DNA of 64,000 nucleotides from Bacteriovoracia bacterium (GCA_050246755.1 JBFWVL010000003.1:258623-322622); one strand, 5' to 3'; shown: positions 1 through 10,009, counted from the first letter of the stretch. Notes: a model not told the origin generated them from the letters alone. Numbers and translations are program-made.

Positions 1-1
1 T

Positions 2-1162
2 CCATTTTATGGAGAAAGCGGCGGGCAGGTAGGAGACAGCGGCGAGATCCACGCGAAGGGCGTGAAGGTCGCGCTCGTAAAAGACGTAAAAAAAGCCGGC
101 TCCGGTTTCGCCGTGGTGAAAGGCGTGGTGGAGGGCGGGACCCTCGAGGTGGGGCAATCTTACCTACAGCTCACCAAGCGCGATATTCGCCTTAAAACGA
201 TGGCCAATCATACCGCCACTCACCTGCTCCACTGGGCGCTCCGCAAAGTGCTCGGCACCCACGTGAAACAAGCAGGCTCGCTCGTTTCTCCCGAACTCCT
301 GCGCTTCGACTTCACCCATTTCAAGGCGATGACCGACGAGGAAAAAAGTCAGATCGAAGACATGATCAACGATCGCATCGCCGACGCCCAGCCGCTTCAG
401 ACGAAGCTCATGAGCAAAGACGCGGCGATCGGTGCCGGCGCCATGGCCCTCTTCGGCGAAAAATACGACGACGAAGTACGTGTGGTCTCGATCGGCGACG
501 GCTACTCCACTGAGCTCTGCGGCGGAACCCACGTAGACAATACCGCGCAGATCGGCTGCTTCGTGCTCGTGTCGGAAGCCGGAGTGGCCGCGGGCGTGAG
601 AAGGATCACCGCCTATACCAGCACCACCGCCGTGAATTACCTGAAGACCAAAGCCAAAGCGCTCGACCATATCCGCGAATCGCTCAAAGCTACGAGCCCA
701 GAAGACGCCATCGCCAAAGTCGATCGCCTGCAAACCAGCGCGAAAGAATTGGAGCGAAAAATTTCCGGCATGCAGGCGGAACAGGCCGGCGGCTTGGCCA
801 AAGACCTCGTTGCCAAGGCAAAAAAACTGGGGGGTACCCACGTGGTGATCCATCACCTGAAAGACGGCGGCGCCGAGGGCCTCAAAACTCTTGGCGAGCG
901 CCTGAAGGATCATTTGCCCAGCGGAATTATCGTGATTGGCACCACCGATGCGGCCGTGAATAAGGCGTTTCTCCAAGTGCAGGTGACGGGCGACCTTACC
1001 AAAACTTACAATGCCGGCAAGCTCATCCAGGCGGCGGCCCCCCTAATCGACGGAAAAGGCGGAGGAAAGCCTGAGCAGGCACAGGCCGGTGGCACGAAGC
1101 TCGCGGGCCTCACGGATGCTCTGGCGCATATCGAATCGCTCTTATCCTCCTTGGGAATTTGA
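2..1162 (+). CDS. alaS: Alanine--tRNA ligase, 5'-truncated by the window edge
   Basis: Frame is open from base 2 (PFYGESGGQVGD). Editing-domain motifs NHTATHLLH and ELCGGTH, then GVAAGVRRI and C-terminal GKGGGKP. Confidence 0.98.
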   Translation, partial: PFYGESGGQVGDSGEIHAKGVKVALVKDVKKAGSGFAVVKGVVEGGTLEVGQSYLQLTKRDIRLKTMANHTATHLLHWALRKVLGTHVKQAGSLVSPELLRFDFTHFKAMTDEEKSQIEDMINDRIADAQPLQTKLMSKDAAIGAGAMALFGEKYDDEVRVVSIGDGYSTELCGGTHVDNTAQIGCFVLVSEAGVAAGVRRITAYTSTTAVNYLKTKAKALDHIRESLKATSPEDAIAKVDRLQTSAKELERKISGMQAEQAGGLAKDLVAKAKKLGGTHVVIHHLKDGGAEGLKTLGERLKDHLPSGIIVIGTTDAAVNKAFLQVQVTGDLTKTYNAGKLIQAAAPLIDGKGGGKPEQAQAGGTKLAGLTDALAHIESLLSSLGI

Positions 1163-1178
1163 AAAGTCTCCGCTATAG

Positions 1179-1204
1179 TTCCTCCGGGATTCATCCCGGA
1201 GGAA
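1179..1204 (+). promoter_or_regulatory. Perfect inverted repeat covering the Shine-Dalgarno of the downstream ABC substrate-binding gene
   Basis: TTCCTCCGGGAT-TC-ATCCCGGAGGAA. The right arm contains GGAGG just upstream of ATG 1210, and a TATAGT -10-like hexamer lies at 1174-1179. Confidence 0.6.
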
Positions 1205-1209
1205 AAATC

Positions 1210-2976
1210 ATGAAACGTTTTTTCGTTAGCGTATTGGCGATCTTGACCCTCACGGCGTGCACCACGCGCCAGGCCGAAGAAGGTAAGGTGCTTCACCTCG
1301 TGCTCAGCGAGGACATTAAGTCCCTCGATCCGGCCACCGCCTACGATTCCGTTTCTCTCACCGTGATGCCACTCACGATGGAAAGCCTCTACCAGTATAA
1401 GTACACGAAGCTTCCCCTCGAGCTCGAGCCGCTGCTGGCCGAAGGCATGCCAGCGATCTCGAAAGACAAAAAAGTATTTACCATCACCTTACAAAAAGGC
1501 GTGAAGTGGCAGGACGACGAAGCTTTTCCCGGCGGCAAAGGCCGTGAGCTGAAAGCCCAAGATTTTATCTACGCCTGGAAGCGTATGCTGCTACCCCAAA
1601 TCCGGAGCCCCGGCACCTGGATGTTCGATGGAAAAGTGGTGGGCTGGGACGAATACCGCAAACGCCTCCTCGAAAACCGTGCCGACGCGGATAAAATCCT
1701 CGAAGAACCCGTGGCCGGCCTGAAGGCCGTGGACGACTATACGCTCGAGATCCGGCTGCTGCAGCCCTACCCGCAGCTGCTCAATGTTTTGGCCATGGGC
1801 TTTGGCTCTCCCGTAGCGAAAGAAGTAATCGCTAAATACGGCAACGACGGCATGACGGAACGTATGGTGGGCACCGGTCCCTTCCGTCTCGTGCAATTTA
1901 CCAAGGGATCGAAAGTAATCCTGGAAAAAAACCCAACCTTCCGCGGAGAAAACTATCCCTCTGACGGAGACGAGGATGCGAAAGCCACCGGCCTTCTTCA
2001 GGCAGCGGGCAAGCAGCTCCCCTTCGTGGATAAAATCGTTTTCGACGTGATCAAGGAAGACCAGCCGGCCTGGCTACAGTTCCTTAAAGGAAACCTCGAT
2101 GCCGCCGGAATCCCGAAAGACAGTTTCTCGAGCGCGGTGGAAAAAGGCGTGCTTCGTCCGGAATTAGCCAGCAAAGGCATCGGGCTCCGTAAAGCGGAAG
2201 AAGCCGTGTCCTGGTACCTCAACTTCAACATGAAGGATAAAATCGTGGGCACAAACGCGAACCTGCGTAAAGCCCTCTCGATGGCCATCAACCGCGACGA
2301 GTTCATCGAGAAATTCCTCAATGGGCGCGGAGTAAAAGCCACGAGCATCGTTCCCCGCGTGATAGCTGGATTCACCGGCCGCACCGAACTGGTGAACGAT
2401 TTCAATCCCGAGCTGGCCAAGCAATATCTGGCGAAGGCCGGCTATCCGGGCGGCAAGGGCTTGCCCACCATCAAGTACGACCTCCGCGGCCCTTCCACCA
2501 CCGCCCGCCAGCAGGCCGAATATTTCAAAAAGCTGCTCGCGGACATTGGTGTGAATATCGAAATCGTGGTGAATACTTTCCCCGCCTACCTCGAAAAAGA
2601 AAAGAATGGCAACCTGCAGTTCTTCATGGGCGGCTGGAGCGCGGATTTTCCCGATGCCGAGAACTTTCTATTCCTGCTTTCCTCGAAGAACGTAGCGCCC
2701 GGGCCTAATGCCTCGAACTACGTGAATCCGGCCTTCGATAAGATCTACGAGAACGTGGCCAAGATGTTGCCCTCCCGCGAACGCGACGCCCTGATCCGGA
2801 AGGCGGAAGACATTGTGTTCAACGATGGAGTATGGTCGATGCTCTTTTATCCCGTGCGCTTCAATATCCACCACGGCTGGGTGAAAAACTTCCGCCCCAA
2901 TGCGCAAATCCTCAACGACGTAAAATACCTCGATTTGGATCTCGAGAAGAAAAAAGAACTGAAGAAGCACCTATAG
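1210..2976 (+). CDS. ABC transporter substrate-binding lipoprotein, family 5 (OppA/DppA-like)
   Basis: Lipobox LTAC; SLDPA, GTGPF and GWSADFPDAENF motifs. Start placed at ATG 1210 after GGAGG. Confidence 0.92.
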   Translation: MKRFFVSVLAILTLTACTTRQAEEGKVLHLVLSEDIKSLDPATAYDSVSLTVMPLTMESLYQYKYTKLPLELEPLLAEGMPAISKDKKVFTITLQKGVKWQDDEAFPGGKGRELKAQDFIYAWKRMLLPQIRSPGTWMFDGKVVGWDEYRKRLLENRADADKILEEPVAGLKAVDDYTLEIRLLQPYPQLLNVLAMGFGSPVAKEVIAKYGNDGMTERMVGTGPFRLVQFTKGSKVILEKNPTFRGENYPSDGDEDAKATGLLQAAGKQLPFVDKIVFDVIKEDQPAWLQFLKGNLDAAGIPKDSFSSAVEKGVLRPELASKGIGLRKAEEAVSWYLNFNMKDKIVGTNANLRKALSMAINRDEFIEKFLNGRGVKATSIVPRVIAGFTGRTELVNDFNPELAKQYLAKAGYPGGKGLPTIKYDLRGPSTTARQQAEYFKKLLADIGVNIEIVVNTFPAYLEKEKNGNLQFFMGGWSADFPDAENFLFLLSSKNVAPGPNASNYVNPAFDKIYENVAKMLPSRERDALIRKAEDIVFNDGVWSMLFYPVRFNIHHGWVKNFRPNAQILNDVKYLDLDLEKKKELKKHL

Positions 2977-3201
2977 ACGGCCAGCGGGCGTCGGATTTCG
3001 GTCTGCCGCTCGCTTCCTTTCGGTACTCGGCATTGGGCCTATGCAAAAATTTTGCTATACATAAACCTCATATACGTCCTTTTTCGCCCCTGCCCCCCTC
3101 CCACACGTTAGCGTTTTCCAAAATCAGCCGGGACAAGCATCCAAAACTCGCTTAAAATTTACCTAACTAGATTTAGTCAGGCGCTCCACCGGCAAAAAAC
3201 T

Positions 3202-3579
3202 ATGGCCCCCGCTCCCGAAAAGCTGACCTATTTTCTGAACGTAAAGAAATTTACGCTCGTGGCTTCGTTCACCGGAGCGTTCGGAGAAGACTGCGGAACG
3301 CTGCTACAGAAGTGCATCGAAGAGATCCGCCAAAACAAGGATGTACGTTTCGTGGTGCTCAATATGCAAGGCGCTACGGCAATCGATCCGGGAGCCATCC
3401 GGGCCTTTGCCCAGTTTCAGGTATTTCTCCGGGAGGGCCGTAAAATCTACCTATCCGGCCTTACACACACGGTGGAGAAATCCCTGAATGACGCCGGCAT
3501 CTTGCGGACCACGGAAGTAGGCACGGATCTGATGTCCGTATTACAATTGATTCTCAAGACCGAAACCGGGGTCGCGTGA
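3202..3579 (+). CDS. STAS domain protein (anti-sigma antagonist-like)
   Basis: VVLNMQGATAIDPGAI and IYLSGL...VEKSL follow the STAS pattern. Confidence 0.75.
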   Translation: MAPAPEKLTYFLNVKKFTLVASFTGAFGEDCGTLLQKCIEEIRQNKDVRFVVLNMQGATAIDPGAIRAFAQFQVFLREGRKIYLSGLTHTVEKSLNDAGILRTTEVGTDLMSVLQLILKTETGVA

Positions 3580-4919
3580 TGAAGATTTTGCTCGTGAATG
3601 ACAAAGATGTCGTGGGGGATATCATCGGGCTGGCCATCGAGAACTATTTCGATGGTAGCGTTGTGGAGCTCACTACCTCTCCCGCCGAGGCCATCGCCCG
3701 TTTAGGCCAAGATGCCGGTTTTTCTTTCGTGATTTCCTCCTATTCCTTCCAGGACGGCACAAACGCCGAAATCTTGCTCGAGCATTTGGCCGGCAGAAAC
3801 GGCCCTCCCCTGGTATTAATAACGGGCGAGAAACTAACTTTTAAGACGCCTGGCCCCGCTGCCCTCGTGCCCGAGCCTCTCGAGATCAAAGTGCTCGTGG
3901 AAAAAATCGAGGCCCTCATACCACGCGAAAAGCAAGGCGGGCGGGAGCAGCGCTATTGCCGCGTGGCCACCAAAACGCTGCTCCTCTCCAGCGAAAAATA
4001 CGAGGTAGATCTCTTCATCAAGCTTTCCGAAGAAAAATACGTGAAGGCGATCAACGTGGGGGATTTTTTCAGCCCCGCCGACTACGAAAAATTCTCGGCC
4101 AAAAAAGTCACTTTTCTCTACGTGCGGCGCGAGGATTTTCTGTCGCTCGTGGACCGCTGGATGAAAGACCTGCAAAAAATGAGCGCCGCCAAACCGGGCG
4201 AAATTTCGCTGGCCGATGCGTTGAACGTATTTTCCTCCATTCATTCCACCGTGCATGCCGCGCTCGGCGACGAAGGATTTTCCCCGGAGATCAAAAAGCT
4301 CACTGAGGCTTCCGTGAACCTCGCCATCCGCACCATCCAGGACAATCCCAAGCTCTCGGAGCTTTTCGATAAACTCAAAGAGAATATCGTGCCCTACATT
4401 AGCGCCCACAGCACGGCGCTCACTTTCCTCTCTTGCCGCCTGGCTTCGCTCATCGATTGGAATTCCGATACCACTTTCTATAAACTCTCGCTCGCCGCCT
4501 ACCTGCACGACATCACAATTGAGCAAGACGACTGGGCAAAATATTCCACCCGCCTGGAAATCCTTCAGAGCAGCCTTACGGAGAGCGAGGTCCGTAAGCT
4601 TTTTCAGCATCCCGCTACGGCGGCGGCGCTGGTTTCCGAAATCGAAGGCATTCCCGGCGAAGTAGGGTTCATCATCGAACAACACCACGAAGCCACCGAG
4701 GGAGAGGGCTTCCCGAACGGAATTACCCACAAAGATATCAGCCCCATTTCCGCGCTATTCATCATCGCTCACGATGCGGTGTCCGAAATGCATCGGAATC
4801 CCGAAGCCTTCGACTTCAAGGATTTCCTGCGCGCGCGGGAAAAATCCAAAACTTACGTGCGCGGCTCACTCGGCGTAGTTTTTCGCTCTATTCTGGAAAA
4901 AACCGCCGATAAGGAATAA
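3576..4919 (+). CDS. Receiver-like domain plus HD-GYP-like domain protein
   Basis: N-terminal KILLVND REC-like fold; YLHDI, QHHE and GEGFP motifs. Overlaps the STAS stop (GTGA). Confidence 0.8.
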   Translation: MMKILLVNDKDVVGDIIGLAIENYFDGSVVELTTSPAEAIARLGQDAGFSFVISSYSFQDGTNAEILLEHLAGRNGPPLVLITGEKLTFKTPGPAALVPEPLEIKVLVEKIEALIPREKQGGREQRYCRVATKTLLLSSEKYEVDLFIKLSEEKYVKAINVGDFFSPADYEKFSAKKVTFLYVRREDFLSLVDRWMKDLQKMSAAKPGEISLADALNVFSSIHSTVHAALGDEGFSPEIKKLTEASVNLAIRTIQDNPKLSELFDKLKENIVPYISAHSTALTFLSCRLASLIDWNSDTTFYKLSLAAYLHDITIEQDDWAKYSTRLEILQSSLTESEVRKLFQHPATAAALVSEIEGIPGEVGFIIEQHHEATEGEGFPNGITHKDISPISALFIIAHDAVSEMHRNPEAFDFKDFLRAREKSKTYVRGSLGVVFRSILEKTADKE

Positions 4920-6031
4920 AGCGCGTCTTTGAGCGCGAGCAGTGCCGCCGCTTGAAAAATGGCCAGGAAAGGAATCACCGGAATGAGCGTTCGCTTGTTT
5001 CCGAATATCACTAGGGGCGGTAGCAGCGTGGCCGCTAATAAAAGATAGAACGGCCAGCGGGAGCGGCGTAGCGAAACGGCCAGGCCGACAAAAACCAGAA
5101 TGCAACCGACTAAATCCAAGGTGGGCTCCCACCCCGTCCTTCCCATCCCTTCGGGCGGTACTGCCCATACGTCGGGCTGAATGCCCCACAAATACTGGAA
5201 GCGCTCCCCTACCAGCCAAAAAAAATGGGCCGGGCGCTGAAGCACAAAGGCCCAGCCGCTCGGCTCCACGATAATGGGATGGGGATACCCTACCCCTAGG
5301 GCGTTGGGATTATTGCCCAGCCGAAAAAGAAGATCTCTCCTTTCCATCACCCATATCCATTGTCCGGATTTTAGCGAATAGAGCGCACACCAGAGAAAGA
5401 CCGGCGTGAGCGTGACGGCCAGGGAAAGCCAGTCTCCGCGGCGGCGCCCCCCCTTAAGCAGGCGATAGAGCGGGATCACTAGCAGCGCGGCGAATCTAGC
5501 GTGAAATAAGATCAATAGGCAGAGCAGCGCTCCCGCCAGAACGCCGGAAATTTCGCTTCTCTCAGAAAACTCCAGGCTCGCCCACGCCAGCAACAAAAAA
5601 CCCACCAGGGTCTCGTATTGGATCATGTTGGCGTAGTAAACCCAGGAAAGTGAGCCGGAAAAGATCACCATGGCTACTACCGCCAAATCGGAGGAAAAAT
5701 ATTTTTTGGCCAAGCGGAACGTAAGCCACAGAGCAAGCGCGAAAAAAAACAGCGCGCAGATTTTGCTGGCGGCCACTATATCGCCGGTGCCGAGCAGTAT
5801 CGATAGCCACCATTGGTAGGCGGGGGAATGATAAGTATCGGCCATGGAGAAAATACTTTCTCCCGCCGCCAGCCTGCGGGCCCCTTCCAGGTAACTGTTT
5901 CCGTCAATGGTGAGCACCGGATGGGGCCAGGGCTTGCCCCACTGGGTCAGCGTGAAAGCGATGGCGCGATAAAAGTGGAAAAGCACGAGGAGAAGGCCGC
6001 TCAATAGGAAAAGATGTCTTTTGGGCCTCAT
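4853..6031 (-). CDS. Multi-pass membrane glycosyltransferase (GT39/ArnT/PMT-like)
   Basis: IDGNSYLEGA, YHSPAY and QYETL motifs with many hydrophobic helices. Start placed at MRPKR. Confidence 0.7.
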   Translation of the reverse strand: MRPKRHLFLLSGLLLVLFHFYRAIAFTLTQWGKPWPHPVLTIDGNSYLEGARRLAAGESIFSMADTYHSPAYQWWLSILLGTGDIVAASKICALFFFALALWLTFRLAKKYFSSDLAVVAMVIFSGSLSWVYYANMIQYETLVGFLLLAWASLEFSERSEISGVLAGALLCLLILFHARFAALLVIPLYRLLKGGRRRGDWLSLAVTLTPVFLWCALYSLKSGQWIWVMERRDLLFRLGNNPNALGVGYPHPIIVEPSGWAFVLQRPAHFFWLVGERFQYLWGIQPDVWAVPPEGMGRTGWEPTLDLVGCILVFVGLAVSLRRSRWPFYLLLAATLLPPLVIFGNKRTLIPVIPFLAIFQAAALLALKDALYSLSAVFSRIERKTTPSEPRT

Positions 6032-6058
6032 CGAGAACAATTTTACCCGACTCTCAAT

Positions 6059-6088
6059 AAAAAAAGCCACCGTTTGCACGGTGGCTTT
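6059..6088 (-). terminator. Rho-independent terminator after the PilZ gene
   Basis: AAAGCCACCGT-TTGC-ACGGTGGCTTT hairpin with a U tract on the minus strand. Confidence 0.8.
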
Positions 6089-6107
6089 CCTGGATGGCGT
6101 AACTAAA

Positions 6108-6566
6108 TCAATAGAAAACTTTTAGGTGGGCATCGTCCTTGTGGCCGTGCTCGGCGCACTTAGTGATGAATTGCACGAAGTGAAAGATTGCGGCGTAGGA
6201 TGCCATGGTCTTATCCATTAGGCAGCCGTAGCGATGCACGGCGCGGCCGTCTTCGATGGCACTAAAGGATCGAACCACGCGCACATCGATGGAAATGAAG
6301 TGATCGGTGGCGAAATAAAAGCGCACGGGAATCACGGAGCCCGTATCGAGCTTCAGGGTGCTATTCTCGGAAGTCTGGAACTGCATCCCGCCTTCGGAAA
6401 TATCCACTACTTCGATGGCGTGCAAGCCGCCTTCTTCGAGCACGGTATATACCCCGAAGTTTGAGCGAAAAACTACGCGCTCATACGTCCGGCGTTTTTC
6501 TTCGATCAACTCTTGGCGTACCGAAGAAAGATTAACTACCTGCTGGTTGGTGAAATTTTTACCCAT
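6108..6566 (-). CDS. PilZ domain protein
   Basis: RRTYER (RxxxR) and DISEGG (DxSxxG) c-di-GMP-binding motifs. Confidence 0.88.
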   Translation of the reverse strand: MGKNFTNQQVVNLSSVRQELIEEKRRTYERVVFRSNFGVYTVLEEGGLHAIEVVDISEGGMQFQTSENSTLKLDTGSVIPVRFYFATDHFISIDVRVVRSFSAIEDGRAVHRYGCLMDKTMASYAAIFHFVQFITKCAEHGHKDDAHLKVFY

Positions 6567-6596
6567 GGAAAGCTCTCCTGCTTTGTTCTGTAGTTA

Positions 6597-6624
6597 AGAT
6601 CGGCAGGAGTGACCAAAGAGTTTA
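6597..6624 (-). promoter_or_regulatory. Sigma28 (FliA)-like promoter
   Basis: TAAA-N16-GCCGATCT on the minus strand, upstream of the PilZ gene. Confidence 0.7.
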
Positions 6625-6702
6625 CACAAAAAGCAGAAGTGCCTAAATTTCCTCGCGGATAATTGAGCGTATTGTTCCGGATACCTGACGGATCCGTGTA
6701 GA

Positions 6703-7080
6703 CTATTCTACGAGGACGCCGGCGCTCTCGGCGCTATCGAAGAAGCTCTGGAGGTGAGCCACGGCCTTCACGGCGGGGCTCTCGGCGTCGAGGAACTGCA
6801 CGGCAACCTCACCCTTCCCCACCCGCACCACCACGCATTCTAGGGGGAGATAAAAGGCAGGATTGATATAGAGACGGGCCGAAACTTTCTGCCCCTGCGC
6901 GAGATCGGTTTCCATTTCGGAACGAAAGCAAAGTCCGGTGGCCGACAGATCACGCATATAAATCCGCACCATTCCGTGGACGGAGGGAATCACGAGAAAA
7001 AGATTGAAGCTTTCCTGTACCGCCATGCGCTGCGCTTTGCGCCTCTCGTCCTGAACCTCTTTTTTATTTTTACCGGCCAT
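6703..7080 (-). CDS. PilZ domain protein
   Basis: ERRKAQR and DLSATG motifs. Confidence 0.88.
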   Translation of the reverse strand: MAGKNKKEVQDERRKAQRMAVQESFNLFLVIPSVHGMVRIYMRDLSATGLCFRSEMETDLAQGQKVSARLYINPAFYLPLECVVVRVGKGEVAVQFLDAESPAVKAVAHLQSFFDSAESAGVLVE

Positions 7081-7094
7081 CTAGATTCTCCAAA

Positions 7095-8915
7095 CTATTT
7101 TGCTGGCGGAGCCGCCGGCGCCGCCCTCTGAACGTCGAAGGGGGTCTTAACCACGGCCTGCGCCACCACCTGCTCCAAGCTCAGTACTCCGGCCTGTACG
7201 AAACCTTCCAGCTCCTCGGGATTCGTGGTGGGCGGCTGGTTGCTTAGCCGCTCTCCGTGCCCCTTCGCCGCCAGGCGCAGCTGCGCCAAGGTGGAGGAAA
7301 TATCCTGGTAGGCCCGCGGATAATAACGCTGATCAGGGGCGTCGAGACGCGCCTTCAGCTTCGCCTCGAGCTGCCCAGCCATTCCGTCGAAAGCGGGGCC
7401 GAAGCTTCTCCATTCAGCGGCAAGACGCGCGCGATTAGCGGGAGCCGCGCCGGCGGCCTTGAAATCGGCCAAGCGTTTGCTCACTTCCGCCTGCAAGTTC
7501 TTCAGCGTGCTCACGAGCTCGCGGATCTCTTCTACTTCGTCGGCGTATTCCTTTTCCAGCTTCTCACGATATTGCTTCAGGCGGCGGTCATACACTGCGC
7601 CTTTTTTTCCGCCCAAAAACTTCGTTACGTCGTAGGGCTCGGCGCCTTCCGCCGAAACCTTGATGGTATACTCCCCCATCGCCAAAGGTTTGCCGTCGTC
7701 CTGCAGCTCGAAGGTGGCCAGGTGCGTTTTGGCGATATCAGCCGTATAGCTTTTCTCGAAGTTAATTTTATTGACCAATGTGCCGGGTTTGCCCACCAGC
7801 GAAAGCGTTATCTTGGTGCCTTCGGGCATATTGGAGGCCACGTAAAATTTCGGGGCGGTATCATCGGCCGGATTATCTTCCGTGCCGCGCGCCTGCGCGA
7901 TCGCGAACTTCTTCCCCTGGGCCAGCGGCTCCTTCACGAGCAGAGCGAGGTTTTCCTTATCGTCGGGCAGAACGTCGAGGTCGGAAGGAATAGGCGAAGC
8001 GAAGAAAAGAAAATAGGCCGCGCCCGCGCCTCCCAGCGCTCCCACCACGAGTACGATCATGGCGATTTTCTTGACCGCCACGCCCACGCCCGCCATCGAG
8101 CCGGACTTGTTTTTCCCGATCACCACGGCGCCCGTCTTCACGGGAGCCGCTTTGGGTTTACGCTGCAAAATGCTGGTTAATTTTCCCAAAAAAGCGAACT
8201 TGGATTTGCCCGGCGCCTTAATCAAAGGATCGGTAGGCTCATCGCTGCCAACGTCGGCCGCCGCGGTGATCGGTGCCAGCCCTCCCGGGCGTGCCGCGAA
8301 GCTGGGCGATTTAATTCCCGCGCGCGTGGCTCCCGCCGCCTTCACCCGGCGGGCCGAAGCCACGGCCTGTACCGTATTCACCGGCTGAAAATCAGTCCAG
8401 CCCTGCCGCCATAGGGCCGCATCGGCGGGAATCTCCCCATCTCCAGCCAGCTCCTTCAAGCGATTCAGCGAATGCAATCCGCTCACTACCGTTCCCACCC
8501 GCAGCGTCCACACTTCCTCTTCCGGGCCGGGCTGGGAAGAATCTTGGGCTGGGGCGGCGGCCGGAGCCGCGGCGCTCACTAGGCTGGAAAGCGCCGATCC
8601 GGTAGGCCCCCCGGAAGCATCCAGACCAAGCGAAGGCTCACTGCTTTCCGTCATGGAAATCCCGCCAGAATTTTGCTCAGCGGCTAAAAGTTGGGCGAGG
8701 GAAACGTCGCCCGAAGGAGCGGGTGCCGCGCCAAACGCGCTGGCCAGCTCGGGAATCGTCTCGGCGGGAACCCATTCGGCCATCCCATCTTTCCACGCGA
8801 GGGTCTGCCCGTTCACGAGCCCTTGCTTGGCTTTCTCCGCCACTTCTTGGGCGGAAAACGGCCCTTCGTGGTGGTCCGTGAGGTAGATGAACCAAATTTT
8901 TCCTTGGTCGCTCAT
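7095..8915 (-). CDS. Membrane-anchored protein with two GYF_2 (DUF4339)-like domains
   Basis: WF...GPFS...LAWKDGMAEWVP, a second degenerate copy W...LWRQGWTDFQP, then a TM helix and a periplasmic region. Confidence 0.78.
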   Translation of the reverse strand: MSDQGKIWFIYLTDHHEGPFSAQEVAEKAKQGLVNGQTLAWKDGMAEWVPAETIPELASAFGAAPAPSGDVSLAQLLAAEQNSGGISMTESSEPSLGLDASGGPTGSALSSLVSAAAPAAAPAQDSSQPGPEEEVWTLRVGTVVSGLHSLNRLKELAGDGEIPADAALWRQGWTDFQPVNTVQAVASARRVKAAGATRAGIKSPSFAARPGGLAPITAAADVGSDEPTDPLIKAPGKSKFAFLGKLTSILQRKPKAAPVKTGAVVIGKNKSGSMAGVGVAVKKIAMIVLVVGALGGAGAAYFLFFASPIPSDLDVLPDDKENLALLVKEPLAQGKKFAIAQARGTEDNPADDTAPKFYVASNMPEGTKITLSLVGKPGTLVNKINFEKSYTADIAKTHLATFELQDDGKPLAMGEYTIKVSAEGAEPYDVTKFLGGKKGAVYDRRLKQYREKLEKEYADEVEEIRELVSTLKNLQAEVSKRLADFKAAGAAPANRARLAAEWRSFGPAFDGMAGQLEAKLKARLDAPDQRYYPRAYQDISSTLAQLRLAAKGHGERLSNQPPTTNPEELEGFVQAGVLSLEQVVAQAVVKTPFDVQRAAPAAPPAK

Positions 8916-9003
8916 TCGCTTGGGTTACTCTAATTACGAAATGCGGGGAAAGTTGAATGTCCCCGTAAATCCTTCCTTTAAGGCTAAAGGATACCGGGGA
9001 AAA

Positions 9004-9966
9004 ATGAAAATCTTATCCTTCAAACCGAACAGTCTGGCCTCCGCTTCTGATTTGGACCAATCAAAGCTGGCCTACCACGCGCAGGCCATCTCTCTCGATA
9101 ACTTGGATACTCACGAACACGGAATCGTGCTCGTGGGGTTTGCCGACGATACAGGCGTGAAAAACGTGGGCGGGCGTACCGGCGCCAAGGAAGGTCCCGC
9201 GGCCGTGCGCCAGAAATTCTATAAATTTACCCTGGGGAATATGGGAATTCCTCTCTACGATCTGGGAGACCTCCTGCCGGCGGCGTCCATCGAGGACACG
9301 CATGCGCAGGGCAAAACCGTGGTGGAAGCCATCCTGAACGCAGGGCATTTTCCCCTCGTGCTCGGCGGCGGGCACGATCTGGCTTTTCCACACGCGCTCG
9401 CTTTCGTGGAAAAATTTCCCCACTCTACTTTTTGGAATATCGACGCCCACCTCGACGTGCGCCCGGTGCACCAGGGAATTACGAGCGGATCGCCCTGGTA
9501 CTTGCTGCGCGAGCATCCCGCCTTCGGCGCGCGTTGCCGGATCGCCGAGTTCGGATTGCAGCCCCACTGCAATGCCGAAATTCTCGTTAGCTACGCCAAA
9601 AAGAAAAACTTCGAGCTCCACTGGCTGGCCGACATCCACGCGAAGAAAATCGCCGCCGATGTTCTTTTCACCCGCCTGCTGACAAAAGCTCCGCCGGCCC
9701 ATTCCCTGCTCGTTTCCCTCGATATCGACAGCGTGAACTGGGCCGAAGCCCCTGGCTGCTCCGCCCCGCAAACACTGGGCTTCACTGGCGCCGAAGCCAT
9801 CGGTATGAGCCGCGCCGCCGGCGCCAATACGAATGTAAAAAGCTTCGGCATATTCGAGCTTAACCCTTCCCTGGACCCCGATGGACGCACCGCTAACCTG
9901 GTAGCGCATTGCGTGGCAGCGTGTATTCAGGGAATTGTGAGCCGGAAAAAGAAACGAAAAAAATAG
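9004..9966 (+). CDS. hutG: Formimidoylglutamase (arginase family)
   Basis: GRTGAKEGP, GGGHD, NIDAHLDVR, SLDID, APGCSAP and FELNP motifs. Start placed at MKILSF. Confidence 0.88.
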   Translation: MKILSFKPNSLASASDLDQSKLAYHAQAISLDNLDTHEHGIVLVGFADDTGVKNVGGRTGAKEGPAAVRQKFYKFTLGNMGIPLYDLGDLLPAASIEDTHAQGKTVVEAILNAGHFPLVLGGGHDLAFPHALAFVEKFPHSTFWNIDAHLDVRPVHQGITSGSPWYLLREHPAFGARCRIAEFGLQPHCNAEILVSYAKKKNFELHWLADIHAKKIAADVLFTRLLTKAPPAHSLLVSLDIDSVNWAEAPGCSAPQTLGFTGAEAIGMSRAAGANTNVKSFGIFELNPSLDPDGRTANLVAHCVAACIQGIVSRKKKRKK

Positions 9967-10009
9967 GCTTTTTCCAATCTCCGCGAACCGCGCTAAAATT
10001 AATTCTAGT

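Noticed and set aside
9004-9966. hutG without other hut genes as an anomaly
   Set aside because: Dispersed hut genes are common, and the rest may lie outside the window.
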